This document shows positions 19,515 through 29,659 of a stretch of 35,921 nt of DNA, piece by piece. The DNA comes from Clostridia bacterium (GTDB lineage: Bacteria; Bacillota; Clostridia; DUPQ01). Each line of letters starts with the position of its first letter. The stretch's first letter is position 1. The stretch lies in NCBI GenBank assembly GCA_030592355.1, contig JAUVJE010000001.1, positions 1 to 35,921 on the forward strand. The letters run 5' to 3'. The translations under genes and the position numbers were made by a program. The notes under the pieces were generated by a model. That model was given only the letters and a program-made list of their open reading frames with translations. It was not told where the DNA came from and searched no databases.

Positions 19515-20807
19515 TTATTTACTATCCCCTTTGCCTGCCTGCATATATTGCAGAATGCGTTCATCAAGTCCTGGCTTGACACTGCATATCATTTCACCAA
19601 ACATATTGTTATCCATACTGTCCGTTGTCAGTTTTTCATGGCCGATAAGCGCCCATGTGGATTCAACCAAATTGGAAAACGCTTCATTTCTCATGGCCTT
19701 GCATATGAATCCCTGTCTCGGGGAATTTATATCTTCGCCGCTGATCTGGAACAGTTGATGTTTTATGCAAAGATCCTTAACCCTGTTAAATTGTTTCATA
19801 GTGTTTCTTGAAGGCATATATGTAACGGCATTGAATCCCAACCGAGATATTTCCTTGAACAATTCATCTATATAGTCGTCCTCAAATTTCTGAGGCTTCT
19901 TGTCTCCGGTAATAGAATCGCCGACATCGCCAAGATATGCATAAGCGGATATACAGCCGTTTATTGCTGCGACTTCCAGTGCTTCTCTCACATCAGGGCA
20001 CTCCTCTGTCGCAGGCAGATAAAACATATCTATCATATCGCTCTTGATTGCGCTCAGCAGGTCGTATTCATAAACCGGATTGCCTTCATCCAGCAAGTAT
20101 TCTTCGCTCTTGGCACGAAGCGGCAGCTTCATTGTGTTTTTATAGAAATCCACCAGTTTTTCGCCTTTTCCGAATCTTTCGGTAAGTTTGAAAGCCAATG
20201 CATACGATATATGCCTTTCGGTAATACTTCCCCCGTCGCGCCACATGGATAGCATTGCAACATCATTTTTAAAATCCATTTTTATATCATGCGGTTTAAG
20301 AATCTGATTCAACTTATCTACCATATCGGAATTGCGCCTGTTTCTCGCCTTTGCATAAGGCCTTATCCATGATTGTATTTCTTCGATTTTTGTATGGGGA
20401 ATCCCATGAAGCGCCATATAGACTATTGAGTTTTGGTCCGGGTTGTTGATTTTTCTGCCGGCAAGCGATGTGTTGTCCATATTGACACGAATTTCCATCC
20501 CCCCCGTGGTAGCCATACCGATAATTTTCCCTGCACGGGCAAATTCAAGGCAGCCTGCGACAGTATCGTGGTCCATTATTCCTGCTGTACCAAGACCATT
20601 TATATATGCCATCCACAACGCTTTTGCAGGTGTGTATGGCGAAAATGAATATGATGTATGTATATGGTTATTTACGTCATTTGATTCCGCTGGTTTTCGT
20701 ATTTCCCCACTGTCTATTCCCTCTTTCAGTTTCGACAGGCTGTCCAGTCTTTGCTCCATTGACGGGTTGTTCAGGTTTTCAATGTGCTTTAAATAATAAT
20801 CATTCAA
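19515..20807 (-). CDS. PHP-domain (polymerase/histidinol phosphatase) metal-dependent phosphoesterase-like protein
   Basis: NNHIHTSYS, GIMDHD, GMEI, LHG, ITERH, SGEDINS. Confidence 0.8.
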   Translation of the reverse strand: MNDYYLKHIENLNNPSMEQRLDSLSKLKEGIDSGEIRKPAESNDVNNHIHTSYSFSPYTPAKALWMAYINGLGTAGIMDHDTVAGCLEFARAGKIIGMATTGGMEIRVNMDNTSLAGRKINNPDQNSIVYMALHGIPHTKIEEIQSWIRPYAKARNRRNSDMVDKLNQILKPHDIKMDFKNDVAMLSMWRDGGSITERHISYALAFKLTERFGKGEKLVDFYKNTMKLPLRAKSEEYLLDEGNPVYEYDLLSAIKSDMIDMFYLPATEECPDVREALEVAAINGCISAYAYLGDVGDSITGDKKPQKFEDDYIDELFKEISRLGFNAVTYMPSRNTMKQFNRVKDLCIKHQLFQISGEDINSPRQGFICKAMRNEAFSNLVESTWALIGHEKLTTDSMDNNMFGEMICSVKPGLDERILQYMQAGKGDSK

Positions 20808-20962
20808 AATTGCACCTGCCTTTCCGGAGCAATACTCTGCTCAGCAGCACTATTTTAACAAATTCCCTTTTTAATTGCTATGAAAAAACTACAAATTCCA
20901 TAGCTTTTTAACAGTTACCCGAAAGGTGTTGATGAAAAAGAGGGCTTTTTGGGTAGCGGCAA

Positions 20963-20992
20963 TCGACACTTATTACCGGGGTATGATATTAT
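20963..20992 (+). promoter_or_regulatory. Candidate promoter of the glycogen operon
   Basis: TCGACA (20963-20968), 18 bp spacer, extended -10 TGA-TATTAT (20984-20992), 34 nt before glgB. Confidence 0.4.
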
Positions 20993-21026
20993 TATTACAG
21001 ACATACGGTAGTACGGTAGGTGGCTT

Positions 21027-22946
21027 ATGACTTTCATCAATGATGTGGATTTATACTTATTCAGAAAAGGCGTTGCCCGTCGGGCATACGGCTTTATGGG
21101 CTGTCATCCGTCAAATTCAGGATTCCGTTTCACTGTATGGGCTCCAAACGCTAAAAGCGTATCAGTAGTCGGCGATTTCAACAGCTGGGATTCCCGCCGT
21201 CATACTATGGACTTCATGGAAGGACCCGGTCTTTGGACATTGGATATTCCGGATTTGCATGAAGGACTTAACTATAAATTTCATATTGTCGGCAAGGACG
21301 GAAACGGCATTAACAAAACCGACCCTTATGCCTTTTTTAATGAACAACCTCCTTCAAACGCATCTATCATTAAAAAAATACCAAAATACAGTTGGACGGA
21401 TTCACAGTGGATAAAAGAACGCAGCCGCACAGACATTTACCATTCCCCTGTTTCCATATACGAAGTTCACTCTTCATCATTCAAACGCCGTCCCGACGGG
21501 TCTATATTGACCTGGGGCGAATTGGCTGATGAGCTTATTCCCTGGATAAAAAACCTTGGTTTCACACATATTGAACTCATGCCGGTAACGGAGTATCCCC
21601 TTGACGCTTCCTGGGGCTATCAGGTAACCGGATATTTTTCCCCTACATCGCGCCACGGCGACCCTGAAGGACTTATGTATTTCATAGATAAATGCCATAA
21701 TGAATCTCTGGGCGTAATATTGGACTGGGTTCCCGCACACTTTCCCAAAGACGAACATTCACTGGCGCGTTTTGACGGCACGGCTTTATATGAACATCCC
21801 GATTCACGACTGGGCGAGCAACCCGAGTGGGGTACCGCTGTATTTGACTACAGCCGTCATGAAGTAATAAATTTCCTTATCTCGAGCGCTATTTTCTGGC
21901 TAGAAGAATATCATTTTGACGGACTCAGGGTGGATGCTGTCAGCAGTATGCTCTACAGGAGTTTTGGCAGGGAAGACACCGAATGGCTTCCAAACGAGCA
22001 TGGTGGCGATGAAAATCCCGAAGGCGTAGATTTCTTAAAGCTGTTGTCTGAATCGATAAGGGAAGAAACCCCCGGAACATTGCTGATTGCCGAAGAAGCC
22101 ACTTCATGGCCCGGTGTAACGAAATCTGTTAATGAGGGAGGGCTTGGTTTCTCATTTAAATGGAACATGGGGTGGATGAACGATATTCTTAATTATGTAA
22201 AAACGCCTTTTGACCAACGGGCGGGCCATTATGATAAGCTTACTTTCGCCCTTCATTATCTGTTTTCAGAAAACTACATATTGCCTTTTTCCCACGATGA
22301 GGTTATACACGGGAAACTTACATTGCTTGACAAAATGCCCGGCACTTACGGGCAGAAGTTTGCGGGTCTTAGGGCTTTAATAGGATATATGTATGCAATG
22401 CCCGGTTTTAAGCTTTTGTTTATGGGCAATGAAATGGCTCCTTTTATGGAATGGCGTTACTACGAAGAGCTGGAATGGGACCTTCTTAAATATCCTGCCC
22501 ATAATTCATTTCGAAAATATCTTTCAGAATTAAACAAGCTTTATAAGGAAAATCCTCCTTTTTGGGATGAGAATCACTCATGGGATGGTTTCGAATGGGT
22601 GGTTTCAGATGATTCTGATAACGGGATTATTATTTTTAAAAGAATATCCCGTTCAGGCGGTAAAATCCTTGCCGTCATAAACTTTATGCCAAAGAACCAC
22701 AGCAACTATCGGATTGGTTTTCATCATAGAACCACAATAACCGAAATATTCAACAGCGAGTATGAAAATTACAGCGGATGCGGCATCGGCAACCCAAAAA
22801 CAATTGCCGCCGAAAACGTTCAGATTGGCGAGTGTCCATATTCATCAATAATAAACATTCCCCCTCTTTCAGCTTTATATTTTGAAATTGTTGAAACAGT
22901 GGTAAATAACAATAAAAGAGAAAGAAGTGATATCAATGAAGAATAA
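21027..22946 (+). CDS. glgB: 1,4-alpha-glucan branching enzyme
   Basis: [56 protein letters not shown]. Confidence 0.97.
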   Translation: MTFINDVDLYLFRKGVARRAYGFMGCHPSNSGFRFTVWAPNAKSVSVVGDFNSWDSRRHTMDFMEGPGLWTLDIPDLHEGLNYKFHIVGKDGNGINKTDPYAFFNEQPPSNASIIKKIPKYSWTDSQWIKERSRTDIYHSPVSIYEVHSSSFKRRPDGSILTWGELADELIPWIKNLGFTHIELMPVTEYPLDASWGYQVTGYFSPTSRHGDPEGLMYFIDKCHNESLGVILDWVPAHFPKDEHSLARFDGTALYEHPDSRLGEQPEWGTAVFDYSRHEVINFLISSAIFWLEEYHFDGLRVDAVSSMLYRSFGREDTEWLPNEHGGDENPEGVDFLKLLSESIREETPGTLLIAEEATSWPGVTKSVNEGGLGFSFKWNMGWMNDILNYVKTPFDQRAGHYDKLTFALHYLFSENYILPFSHDEVIHGKLTLLDKMPGTYGQKFAGLRALIGYMYAMPGFKLLFMGNEMAPFMEWRYYEELEWDLLKYPAHNSFRKYLSELNKLYKENPPFWDENHSWDGFEWVVSDDSDNGIIIFKRISRSGGKILAVINFMPKNHSNYRIGFHHRTTITEIFNSEYENYSGCGIGNPKTIAAENVQIGECPYSSIINIPPLSALYFEIVETVVNNNKRERSDINEE

Positions 22947-24180
22947 TTACGAAGACAGAACTGTCTGCGTTTATCCATTGACGGCAAATATCAGAAAAAA
23001 GGAAACCGTTGCCATGCTTCTGGCCGGAGGCCAGGGCAGCCGTCTGGGGGCGCTTACAACAAAAATGGCCAAGCCGGCAGTGCCTTTTGGCGGGAAGTAC
23101 CGTATTATTGACTTTGCACTTAGCAATTGCACTAACTCCGATATTGACACTCTGGGGGTTCTTACCCAATTCCAACCCCTTGAGCTTAATTCATACATAG
23201 CAAACGGCCAGCCCTGGGATCTTGACCGCATCAACGGAGGCGTCTATGTTTTACCTCCTTATATGAGTGCAAAAGCCGGAGAATGGTATAAAGGAACCGC
23301 CAATGCCATTTACCAAAACATTGCCTTTGTAGAGCAATTTGAACCCGAGTATGTAATTGTACTCTCAGGCGACCACATATATAAAATGGACTACAGTCTT
23401 ATGATTGAATTCCATAAAAAAAATAATGCCGACGCTACAATTGCAGTCCAGACCGTTCCGATGGAAGAGGCCGGCCGCTTCGGGCTGATGATTACAAATG
23501 ACGACAATGAAATCATCGACTTTGAAGAAAAACCGGAAAACCCAAGAAGCAATAATGCCTCAATGGGCGTTTATGTTTTTAATTGGGATGTGCTTAAGCA
23601 GCACCTGATTGAGGATGAAGCAAACCCAGGTTCTTCAAACGATTTTGGGAAAAACATAATCCCGGCCATGCTTGCCTCCGGGGACAGCATGTATGCATAC
23701 ACATTTAACGGTTACTGGAAAGACGTCGGAACCGTTGAGAGTCTCTGGGAAGCCAATATGGACCTCCTTAACGAAGGATCCCCTCTTAATTTGTATGACA
23801 GCGATTGGCATATATACAGCAGAAATCCCGTAATGCCCCCGCATTACGCGGCGAAAGGCGCCGAAGTTTCTGAAAGTATGATAACCGAAGGCTGCATTGT
23901 AGAGGGTCGTGTTGACAACAGTATATTGTTCGCAGGAGTTGTCGTAATAAAGGATGCAGTGATAGACAATTCAGTTATAATGCCCAACACATTAATCGGA
24001 AGCAACAGCAGGGTGAATTACTCAATAGTAGCTGAAAATGTGATTATCGGCAATGATGTGGTGTTTGAGGGTGGTTCGCCTTCAAATATATCAGTCATAG
24101 GACCCGGGGCGGTGATTCCCGACGGTTCCGTTATCCCTGAGGGAGCAAGACTGTCGGCTGAAGATGCTGAGAAATTATAG
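22936..24180 (+). CDS. glgC: Glucose-1-phosphate adenylyltransferase
   Basis: [57 protein letters not shown]. Start uncertain (GTG 22927 or ATG 22936). Confidence 0.96.
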   Translation: MKNNYEDRTVCVYPLTANIRKKETVAMLLAGGQGSRLGALTTKMAKPAVPFGGKYRIIDFALSNCTNSDIDTLGVLTQFQPLELNSYIANGQPWDLDRINGGVYVLPPYMSAKAGEWYKGTANAIYQNIAFVEQFEPEYVIVLSGDHIYKMDYSLMIEFHKKNNADATIAVQTVPMEEAGRFGLMITNDDNEIIDFEEKPENPRSNNASMGVYVFNWDVLKQHLIEDEANPGSSNDFGKNIIPAMLASGDSMYAYTFNGYWKDVGTVESLWEANMDLLNEGSPLNLYDSDWHIYSRNPVMPPHYAAKGAEVSESMITEGCIVEGRVDNSILFAGVVVIKDAVIDNSVIMPNTLIGSNSRVNYSIVAENVIIGNDVVFEGGSPSNISVIGPGAVIPDGSVIPEGARLSAEDAEKL

Positions 24181-24195
24181 GGGAGGTGAAATAGT

Positions 24196-25323
24196 ATGAA
24201 AGACGCATTTGGATTAATTATTTCAGGAAATGAAGAACAGGAGCTCAGGGATCTTACGATGATAAGATCTATTGCAGCGGTTCCAATTGCAGGAAGATAC
24301 CGGGTTATCGATTTCTATCTTTCTAATCTGGTTAATTCAGGGGTTAATAATGTCGGTGTTATCACATACCGTAATTACCACTCCCTGATGGACCATATTT
24401 CCGGTGGCGTAGAATGGGATTTAAGCCGTAAGAGGGACGGTTTATTCATGCTTCCGCCTATGGTGCAGGCAAGCACAAACAGCGGATTTTACAAAGGCAC
24501 TGCCAAAGCACTCAACGGTGTCAGAAATTATATAAGTAGATGCTCTCAAAATATATGTATACTTCATACTGACTGCCGCACCATTTTCAATACCACTTAT
24601 TATGAAGCTTATGAATCCCATATTGCTTCGGGAGCTGATATTACCTTAATGTATAATACTACTAAAAATACCTTAAAAAAACCGTCAAAAAGTGAAATCA
24701 GAATAAAAACCGACGACGACGGACGGATTGTAGATATGTTCAGATACCAAACCTATAAACAATCCGACCAAATTTGCATGGACATATTTTTTATTAATAA
24801 GTCCACTTTGATAAGGCTTGTTGACGACTGTATCATGAAAGGCGGCTCGGACTTTATCCAGGATATATTGATTCCAAATCTTGAATTGCTTGATGTCAGA
24901 GGTTTCCACTATGCGCAACCGGCATATAAAATTGATACTTTGGAAGGATTTTTCCAAACGAATCTTGCTTTTCTTGACAGCAACATAAGATACCAGCTTT
25001 TAGAGGAAAGCGGTCCGGTTTATACCAAAGTAAAAGATGAAGTCCCCGCCAGGTACAGTAAAACTTCTAAGGTGGCAAATTCATTGGTGACTGACGGCTG
25101 TGTTGTTGAAGGCTCCGTTGAAAACAGCTTGCTTTTCCGCGGCGTTCAAGTCGCAAAAGGCGCGGTATTGAAAAACTGCGTTATCATGCAGGAATGCCAG
25201 ATACAGGCAAACGCTGTGCTTGAGAATGTAATTCTGGATAAAAAATGTACAATACTAAGAGGAAGACGACTCGTCGGAACCGAATCCTACCCCATGGTTG
25301 TTATAAAAGGTTCCACGATTTAG
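24196..25323 (+). CDS. glgD: Glucose-1-phosphate adenylyltransferase subunit GlgD
   Basis: RSIAAVPIAGRYRVIDF, SLMDH, WDLSRKRDGL, VYTKVKDE, ENSLLFRGV; lacks the GlgC catalytic GGxGSRL motif; GGAGGTG RBS. Confidence 0.94.
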   Translation: MKDAFGLIISGNEEQELRDLTMIRSIAAVPIAGRYRVIDFYLSNLVNSGVNNVGVITYRNYHSLMDHISGGVEWDLSRKRDGLFMLPPMVQASTNSGFYKGTAKALNGVRNYISRCSQNICILHTDCRTIFNTTYYEAYESHIASGADITLMYNTTKNTLKKPSKSEIRIKTDDDGRIVDMFRYQTYKQSDQICMDIFFINKSTLIRLVDDCIMKGGSDFIQDILIPNLELLDVRGFHYAQPAYKIDTLEGFFQTNLAFLDSNIRYQLLEESGPVYTKVKDEVPARYSKTSKVANSLVTDGCVVEGSVENSLLFRGVQVAKGAVLKNCVIMQECQIQANAVLENVILDKKCTILRGRRLVGTESYPMVVIKGSTI

Positions 25324-25335
25324 AAGGGATATCAT

Positions 25336-26796
25336 ATGAGCAAAGCGACAAAAGAAAAAAAACAAATATTATTTGCTCTTTCCGAATGTGTGCCTTTTAT
25401 CAAGAGCGGTGGTCTGGCGGACGTCGGAGGAGCCCTTCCGATTGCACTGAACAGAAAGCGCAGTCTGAACGTTTCTGTCATAATGCCTCAATATTCTGCA
25501 ATTCCTCACACCCTTTTAAAAAAAATGGAGCATGTCTGCAGTTTTGATGTTTTCGTCGGGTGGCGAAAAAAATATTGCGGAATAAACAAATTAAAGCACA
25601 GGGGCATAACTTTCTACTTTGTTGACAACCAGGACTATTTCTTTAATGATTATCTTTACGGTTACGGCGATTATGAAGCCGAGCGTTTTGCTTTCTTCAA
25701 TATCGCTGTACTTGAGGCTCTTCCACATATAGGTTTAAATCCTGATATTATTCATTGCCACGACTGGCAGACGGGCATGATTCCCGCACTGCTCAATATA
25801 AAATATGCATCTAGTTCACCCTGGGATAATATAAAAACCGTTTTTACTATACATAATCTTAGATATCAGGGAATTTTTGCGTCGTACCTCGCTTTGGACT
25901 ATTTTGGCCTTGACAGACATTTTGTTGATTCTGGTTTAATCGGTCATGACAATGCCTTGAATTTTCTTAAAGCCGCACTGACATATGCTGATAAAATCAC
26001 TACTGTCAGTCCTTCGTACTCCAAAGAAATCATGACGCGCTGGATGGGCGAAGGACTGGATTATAAGCTCGCCGAACGACAGGGAGATGTTATTGGAATT
26101 CTTAATGGCATCGATGAAAATTTGAACAATCCTGAAATTGATTCTGATATACCGGCGAACTTTTCTGCAAATGATTTGTCAGGCAAAGCAAAATGCCGAA
26201 AAGCCCTTAGGAAAGAAGCCGGTCTTCCGGAAAAAAATAATATACCGGTTATCGGAATGGTGGGGCGGCTTACAGCTCAGAAAGGATTAGACCTTATAGC
26301 GCATGTGCTTGACGATATTTTGAAACTGGACCTGCAACTGGTAGTCCTTGGAACCGGCGACGATAAATACTCCGATATGTTCCGCGAATATTCTCTAAAG
26401 CATCCGGATAAATTGTCCGCTTTTATAACCTTCGATTCGGCCCTTGCCAAGAGAATCTATGCAGGAAGCGATATGTTCCTGATGCCGTCACTGTTTGAAC
26501 CCTGCGGTTTAGCTCAGATGATATCCCTGAAATTCGGAACCCTGCCTATAGTAAGAGAGACAGGCGGACTAAAGGACACTGTTTTCTCCTATGAAAATAG
26601 CACCGGCCTTGAAAATGGATTTACTTTTACAAACTATAATGCCCACGATATGCTGTTTAGTATTGAATTGGCAGTGAATACATATAAAACTCAAAAGGCT
26701 GCGTGGAAGAAAATGCAAATTACGGGGATGAATACTGATTTCAGCTGGAAGGTTTCCGCAACTCATTACACAAGTATATATCTGGGCATGAATTGA
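25336..26796 (+). CDS. glgA: Glycogen synthase
   Basis: KSGGLADV, HCHDWQTG, TIHNL, NGID, GRLTAQKG, PSLFEPCGL, RETGGLKDTV. Confidence 0.97.
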   Translation: MSKATKEKKQILFALSECVPFIKSGGLADVGGALPIALNRKRSLNVSVIMPQYSAIPHTLLKKMEHVCSFDVFVGWRKKYCGINKLKHRGITFYFVDNQDYFFNDYLYGYGDYEAERFAFFNIAVLEALPHIGLNPDIIHCHDWQTGMIPALLNIKYASSSPWDNIKTVFTIHNLRYQGIFASYLALDYFGLDRHFVDSGLIGHDNALNFLKAALTYADKITTVSPSYSKEIMTRWMGEGLDYKLAERQGDVIGILNGIDENLNNPEIDSDIPANFSANDLSGKAKCRKALRKEAGLPEKNNIPVIGMVGRLTAQKGLDLIAHVLDDILKLDLQLVVLGTGDDKYSDMFREYSLKHPDKLSAFITFDSALAKRIYAGSDMFLMPSLFEPCGLAQMISLKFGTLPIVRETGGLKDTVFSYENSTGLENGFTFTNYNAHDMLFSIELAVNTYKTQKAAWKKMQITGMNTDFSWKVSATHYTSIYLGMN

Positions 26797-26806
26797 TTCA
26801 GACAAT

Positions 26807-27153
26807 GTGGAGAATTACCCCGTCAGGTTCCTGTCGTAGGAAATTCTTCACCAGACGAGGCTTTGGAGTTTCTCCATGAACACAGTGTATAATTGATACA
26901 CGAGTGAGTGTCTTGGTTTGCGCACAGGTAATGGGTATGTTCTTCGCTTAAAGCACTGTATGCTCCGGTACACACCCGGTACCCTACGCGCCTGATGACG
27001 TTTCTCGATTCCTTCGGAATCTGCGATACGCCATTGACATAACGAAGTAAAGCAGACATATCTTTATGAAAACTACCGGTTGGTTTTAGATACCAAAACC
27101 GGCAATTAAATAATTGTATATGACTGATGTTGGTGGAGAATTAACACGTCAGG
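26807..27153 (+). repeat. Pair of 21-nt imperfect direct repeats bounding the glgA-glgP spacer
   Basis: GTGGAGAATTACCCCGTCAGG (26807-26827) versus GTGGAGAATTAACACGTCAGG (27133-27153): 19 of 21 identical. Confidence 0.85.
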
Positions 27154-27172
27154 ACTTGAGGATATTCAATCA
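26807..27172 (+). ncRNA. Candidate large structured non-coding RNA or non-autonomous mobile element (family unassigned)
   Basis: Eight or more helices foldable by eye, with several G-U pairs on the + strand, a long-range enclosing stem and a possible pseudoknot; no convincing ORF. Confidence 0.55.
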
Positions 27173-27226
27173 TTAATATATAATGCCAAAATATACAACA
27201 AACATTTTATGGAGTAAATACAATAC

Positions 27227-29653
27227 ATGGATAAATTCTTTTCGCTAAAAGACAGAATTGAAATGGCTCTTAAAAGCGAGTATGCAGTTAGTCCCGGGAA
27301 AGCTACAAAACAGCAGGTTTTTGACGCAACCGCACATACGATTAGAGACCATCTGATGCCATACTATATGAAATCGGTCGACGACCATCACGGGAAGAAA
27401 AACCTTTTTTATATGTGTATGGAATTTTTATTAGGCAGAACATTGAATAACGCCCTCATGAATATGGGTCTTTTCGACGAGTATAAAGAAGCGCTTGACG
27501 AAATGGGTTTTGACATAGATGATATTATTTGCGAAGAACCGGATCCCGGACTCGGCAACGGCGGATTGGGTCGTCTGGCCGCATGCTTCCTGGATTCTGT
27601 CGCATCTTTAGATTTACCGGTTGTAGGATGCGGCATCAGATACCAAAACGGGCTTTTCAAGCAAGTAATCGAAGACGGTTATCAAAAAGAAGCTCCCGAC
27701 ACATGGCTTTCACGGGGTTTTCCTTGGGAAATAAAGCGAGAAGACAGAAAAGTAGAAGTTCGTTTCGGCGGTTTTGTCTATGAGGAGTGGATAGACGGTA
27801 AACTATCTGTAATGCATACAGGATATGATTCAGTAACTGCAATTCCATACGATGTTCCCATAATCGGCGGAAACAACTCAAGCACTGCCGGTATTCTGAA
27901 GCTTTGGAGTGCAGAGCCGTACGAAAATTTTGACCTTGCGACTTTCAATAAGGGCGAATACAGAAAATCGTTGAAAAACGAAAATAATGCCAGCATACTT
28001 TGCAGGGTTCTTTATCCGGCTGACAACCACACCAACGGACAGGAGCTTCGGCTTAAGCAACAATATTTCCTGTGCTCCGCTTCCATGCAGTATCTTGTAA
28101 ATAGATTTCTTAGTCTGGGAAACGATGATTTATACAAACTGCCGGCTTATGCGGCAGTGCATATTAATGATACGCATCCCACCCTTGCCATCCCCGAACT
28201 TATGAGAATACTTATGGATGAACACGACTTCGCATGGAACGAAGCCTGGAGTATCTGTAAAAAAATGTTTTCGTACACCAACCATACAATTCTCGGAGAA
28301 GCACTGGAAACCTGGCCTAAAAAACTCATGCAGGAGATTATTCCGAGAATATTTAAAATAATAAGTGAAATCAACGAGCGTTTTTGCACGGATGTATGGA
28401 ATAAAAACCCCGGGGATTGGTCCGTTATTAACCGCATATCCATAATTCATGAAGATAAGGTACGGATGGCCAACCTTTGCGCACTGGCATGCCATACAGT
28501 AAACGGGGTATCACAGCTGCACTCGAAAATACTGAAAGATGATGTTTTCAGCGATTTCAACAAACTTTATCCAAATAAATTCACCGGCATTACAAACGGC
28601 ATTACCCACAGACGATGGCTTCAATACGCAAATCCTGCATTGTCCGAACTCATTACCGAAGCAATCGGAGATTCCTGGATATCAGATCCCGAAAGACTTG
28701 AGGATTTGAAACCCTTTGCCGATGATTCTTCATTCCGCGAAAAATTTATTGCAGTCAAAAGAACTAATAAAGAAAAACTAAACAAGTATCTTCAAAATAA
28801 ACAAGGGGTGTCTTTCGATATTGATTCCATGGTAGATGTTCAGGCGAAACGACTGCATGAATACAAGCGGCAGCTTCTCAACGCATTGCATATACTTCAC
28901 CTATATAACAGAATTGTTACCGGAGATTATAAAAACATGGTTCCCAGAACATTTATTTTCGCTGCAAAAGCAGCTCCCGGATACGATATGGCTAAATTGA
29001 TAATCAAATTGATTAATGAAATATCAGTGCTTGTAAACGCAAACCCCTTGGCAAGGGATTTAATTAAGGTAATTTTCCTTGAAAATTACAGTGTCTCTTC
29101 AGCTGAAATACTCATACCTGCTACCGACCTTTCAGAACAACTTTCAACTGCAGGTTTTGAAGCCTCCGGCACCGGGAACATGAAATTTATGATGAACGGA
29201 GCTCTGACAATAGGAACAATGGACGGAGCAAATATTGAAATCAGCAACAGGGTGGGAACTGACGACTTCTTTGTTTTCGGGCTTAAAGCTGACGAAGTTA
29301 AAGAGAGAAAAACACAGGGTTATGCATCCTATAATATATGTACTCAGAATCCGATTCTGATGGCTGCAGTCAATAGATTGACTGACGGTTCTCTTGCAAA
29401 TGGAAATCTTTCATTATTTTCCGAAATAAAAAGCAACCTTATACTCGGCAGTCACGGCGCCGCTGATTCATATATGGTTCTTTGTGATTTTAATTCATAT
29501 AGATTAACTCAGTTGAAGGTTAATGAAGCATATGCTGATTCCCATCGCTGGGGAAAATCAGCTATTATTAATACGGCTATGTCGGGGTTTTTCTCCAGCG
29601 ACCGTACAATAAGAGAGTATAATGAACGCATCTGGAATCTAGACAGGCTGTAA
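27227..29653 (+). CDS. glgP: Glycogen/alpha-glucan phosphorylase
   Basis: MEFLLGR, GLGNGGLGRLAACF, ELRLKQQYF, INDTHP, YTNHT, NGVSQLH, KRLHEYKRQ, PLP-site EASGTGNMKFMMNGA. Confidence 0.97.
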   Translation: MDKFFSLKDRIEMALKSEYAVSPGKATKQQVFDATAHTIRDHLMPYYMKSVDDHHGKKNLFYMCMEFLLGRTLNNALMNMGLFDEYKEALDEMGFDIDDIICEEPDPGLGNGGLGRLAACFLDSVASLDLPVVGCGIRYQNGLFKQVIEDGYQKEAPDTWLSRGFPWEIKREDRKVEVRFGGFVYEEWIDGKLSVMHTGYDSVTAIPYDVPIIGGNNSSTAGILKLWSAEPYENFDLATFNKGEYRKSLKNENNASILCRVLYPADNHTNGQELRLKQQYFLCSASMQYLVNRFLSLGNDDLYKLPAYAAVHINDTHPTLAIPELMRILMDEHDFAWNEAWSICKKMFSYTNHTILGEALETWPKKLMQEIIPRIFKIISEINERFCTDVWNKNPGDWSVINRISIIHEDKVRMANLCALACHTVNGVSQLHSKILKDDVFSDFNKLYPNKFTGITNGITHRRWLQYANPALSELITEAIGDSWISDPERLEDLKPFADDSSFREKFIAVKRTNKEKLNKYLQNKQGVSFDIDSMVDVQAKRLHEYKRQLLNALHILHLYNRIVTGDYKNMVPRTFIFAAKAAPGYDMAKLIIKLINEISVLVNANPLARDLIKVIFLENYSVSSAEILIPATDLSEQLSTAGFEASGTGNMKFMMNGALTIGTMDGANIEISNRVGTDDFFVFGLKADEVKERKTQGYASYNICTQNPILMAAVNRLTDGSLANGNLSLFSEIKSNLILGSHGAADSYMVLCDFNSYRLTQLKVNEAYADSHRWGKSAIINTAMSGFFSSDRTIREYNERIWNLDRL

Positions 29654-29659
29654 ACAAAT

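Noticed and set aside
26863..26893. TATAAT at 26888-26893 as an internal glgP promoter
   Set aside because: No adequate -35 at 16-18 bp and no TGn extension; cannot be supported without TSS data.
26992..27050. CTGATGA resembling a hammerhead ribozyme core
   Set aside because: The required GAAA after stem II is absent (GAAG or CCAT instead), and no stem I/III with an NUH site could be built.
26823..27059. 78 aa minus-strand ORF within the glgA-glgP spacer
   Set aside because: No RBS, no recognisable motif, antisense to the operon; the base-pairing pattern explains the region better.
26807..27153. Mini CRISPR array reading of the two direct repeats
   Set aside because: Only two 21-nt copies, 305 bp apart, with no cas genes.
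27131..27160. TGGTGGAG (reverse: CTCCACCA) resembling a tRNA/tmRNA 3' end or att site
   Set aside because: No T-loop (GTTCRA), no acceptor-stem partner, and no integrase nearby.
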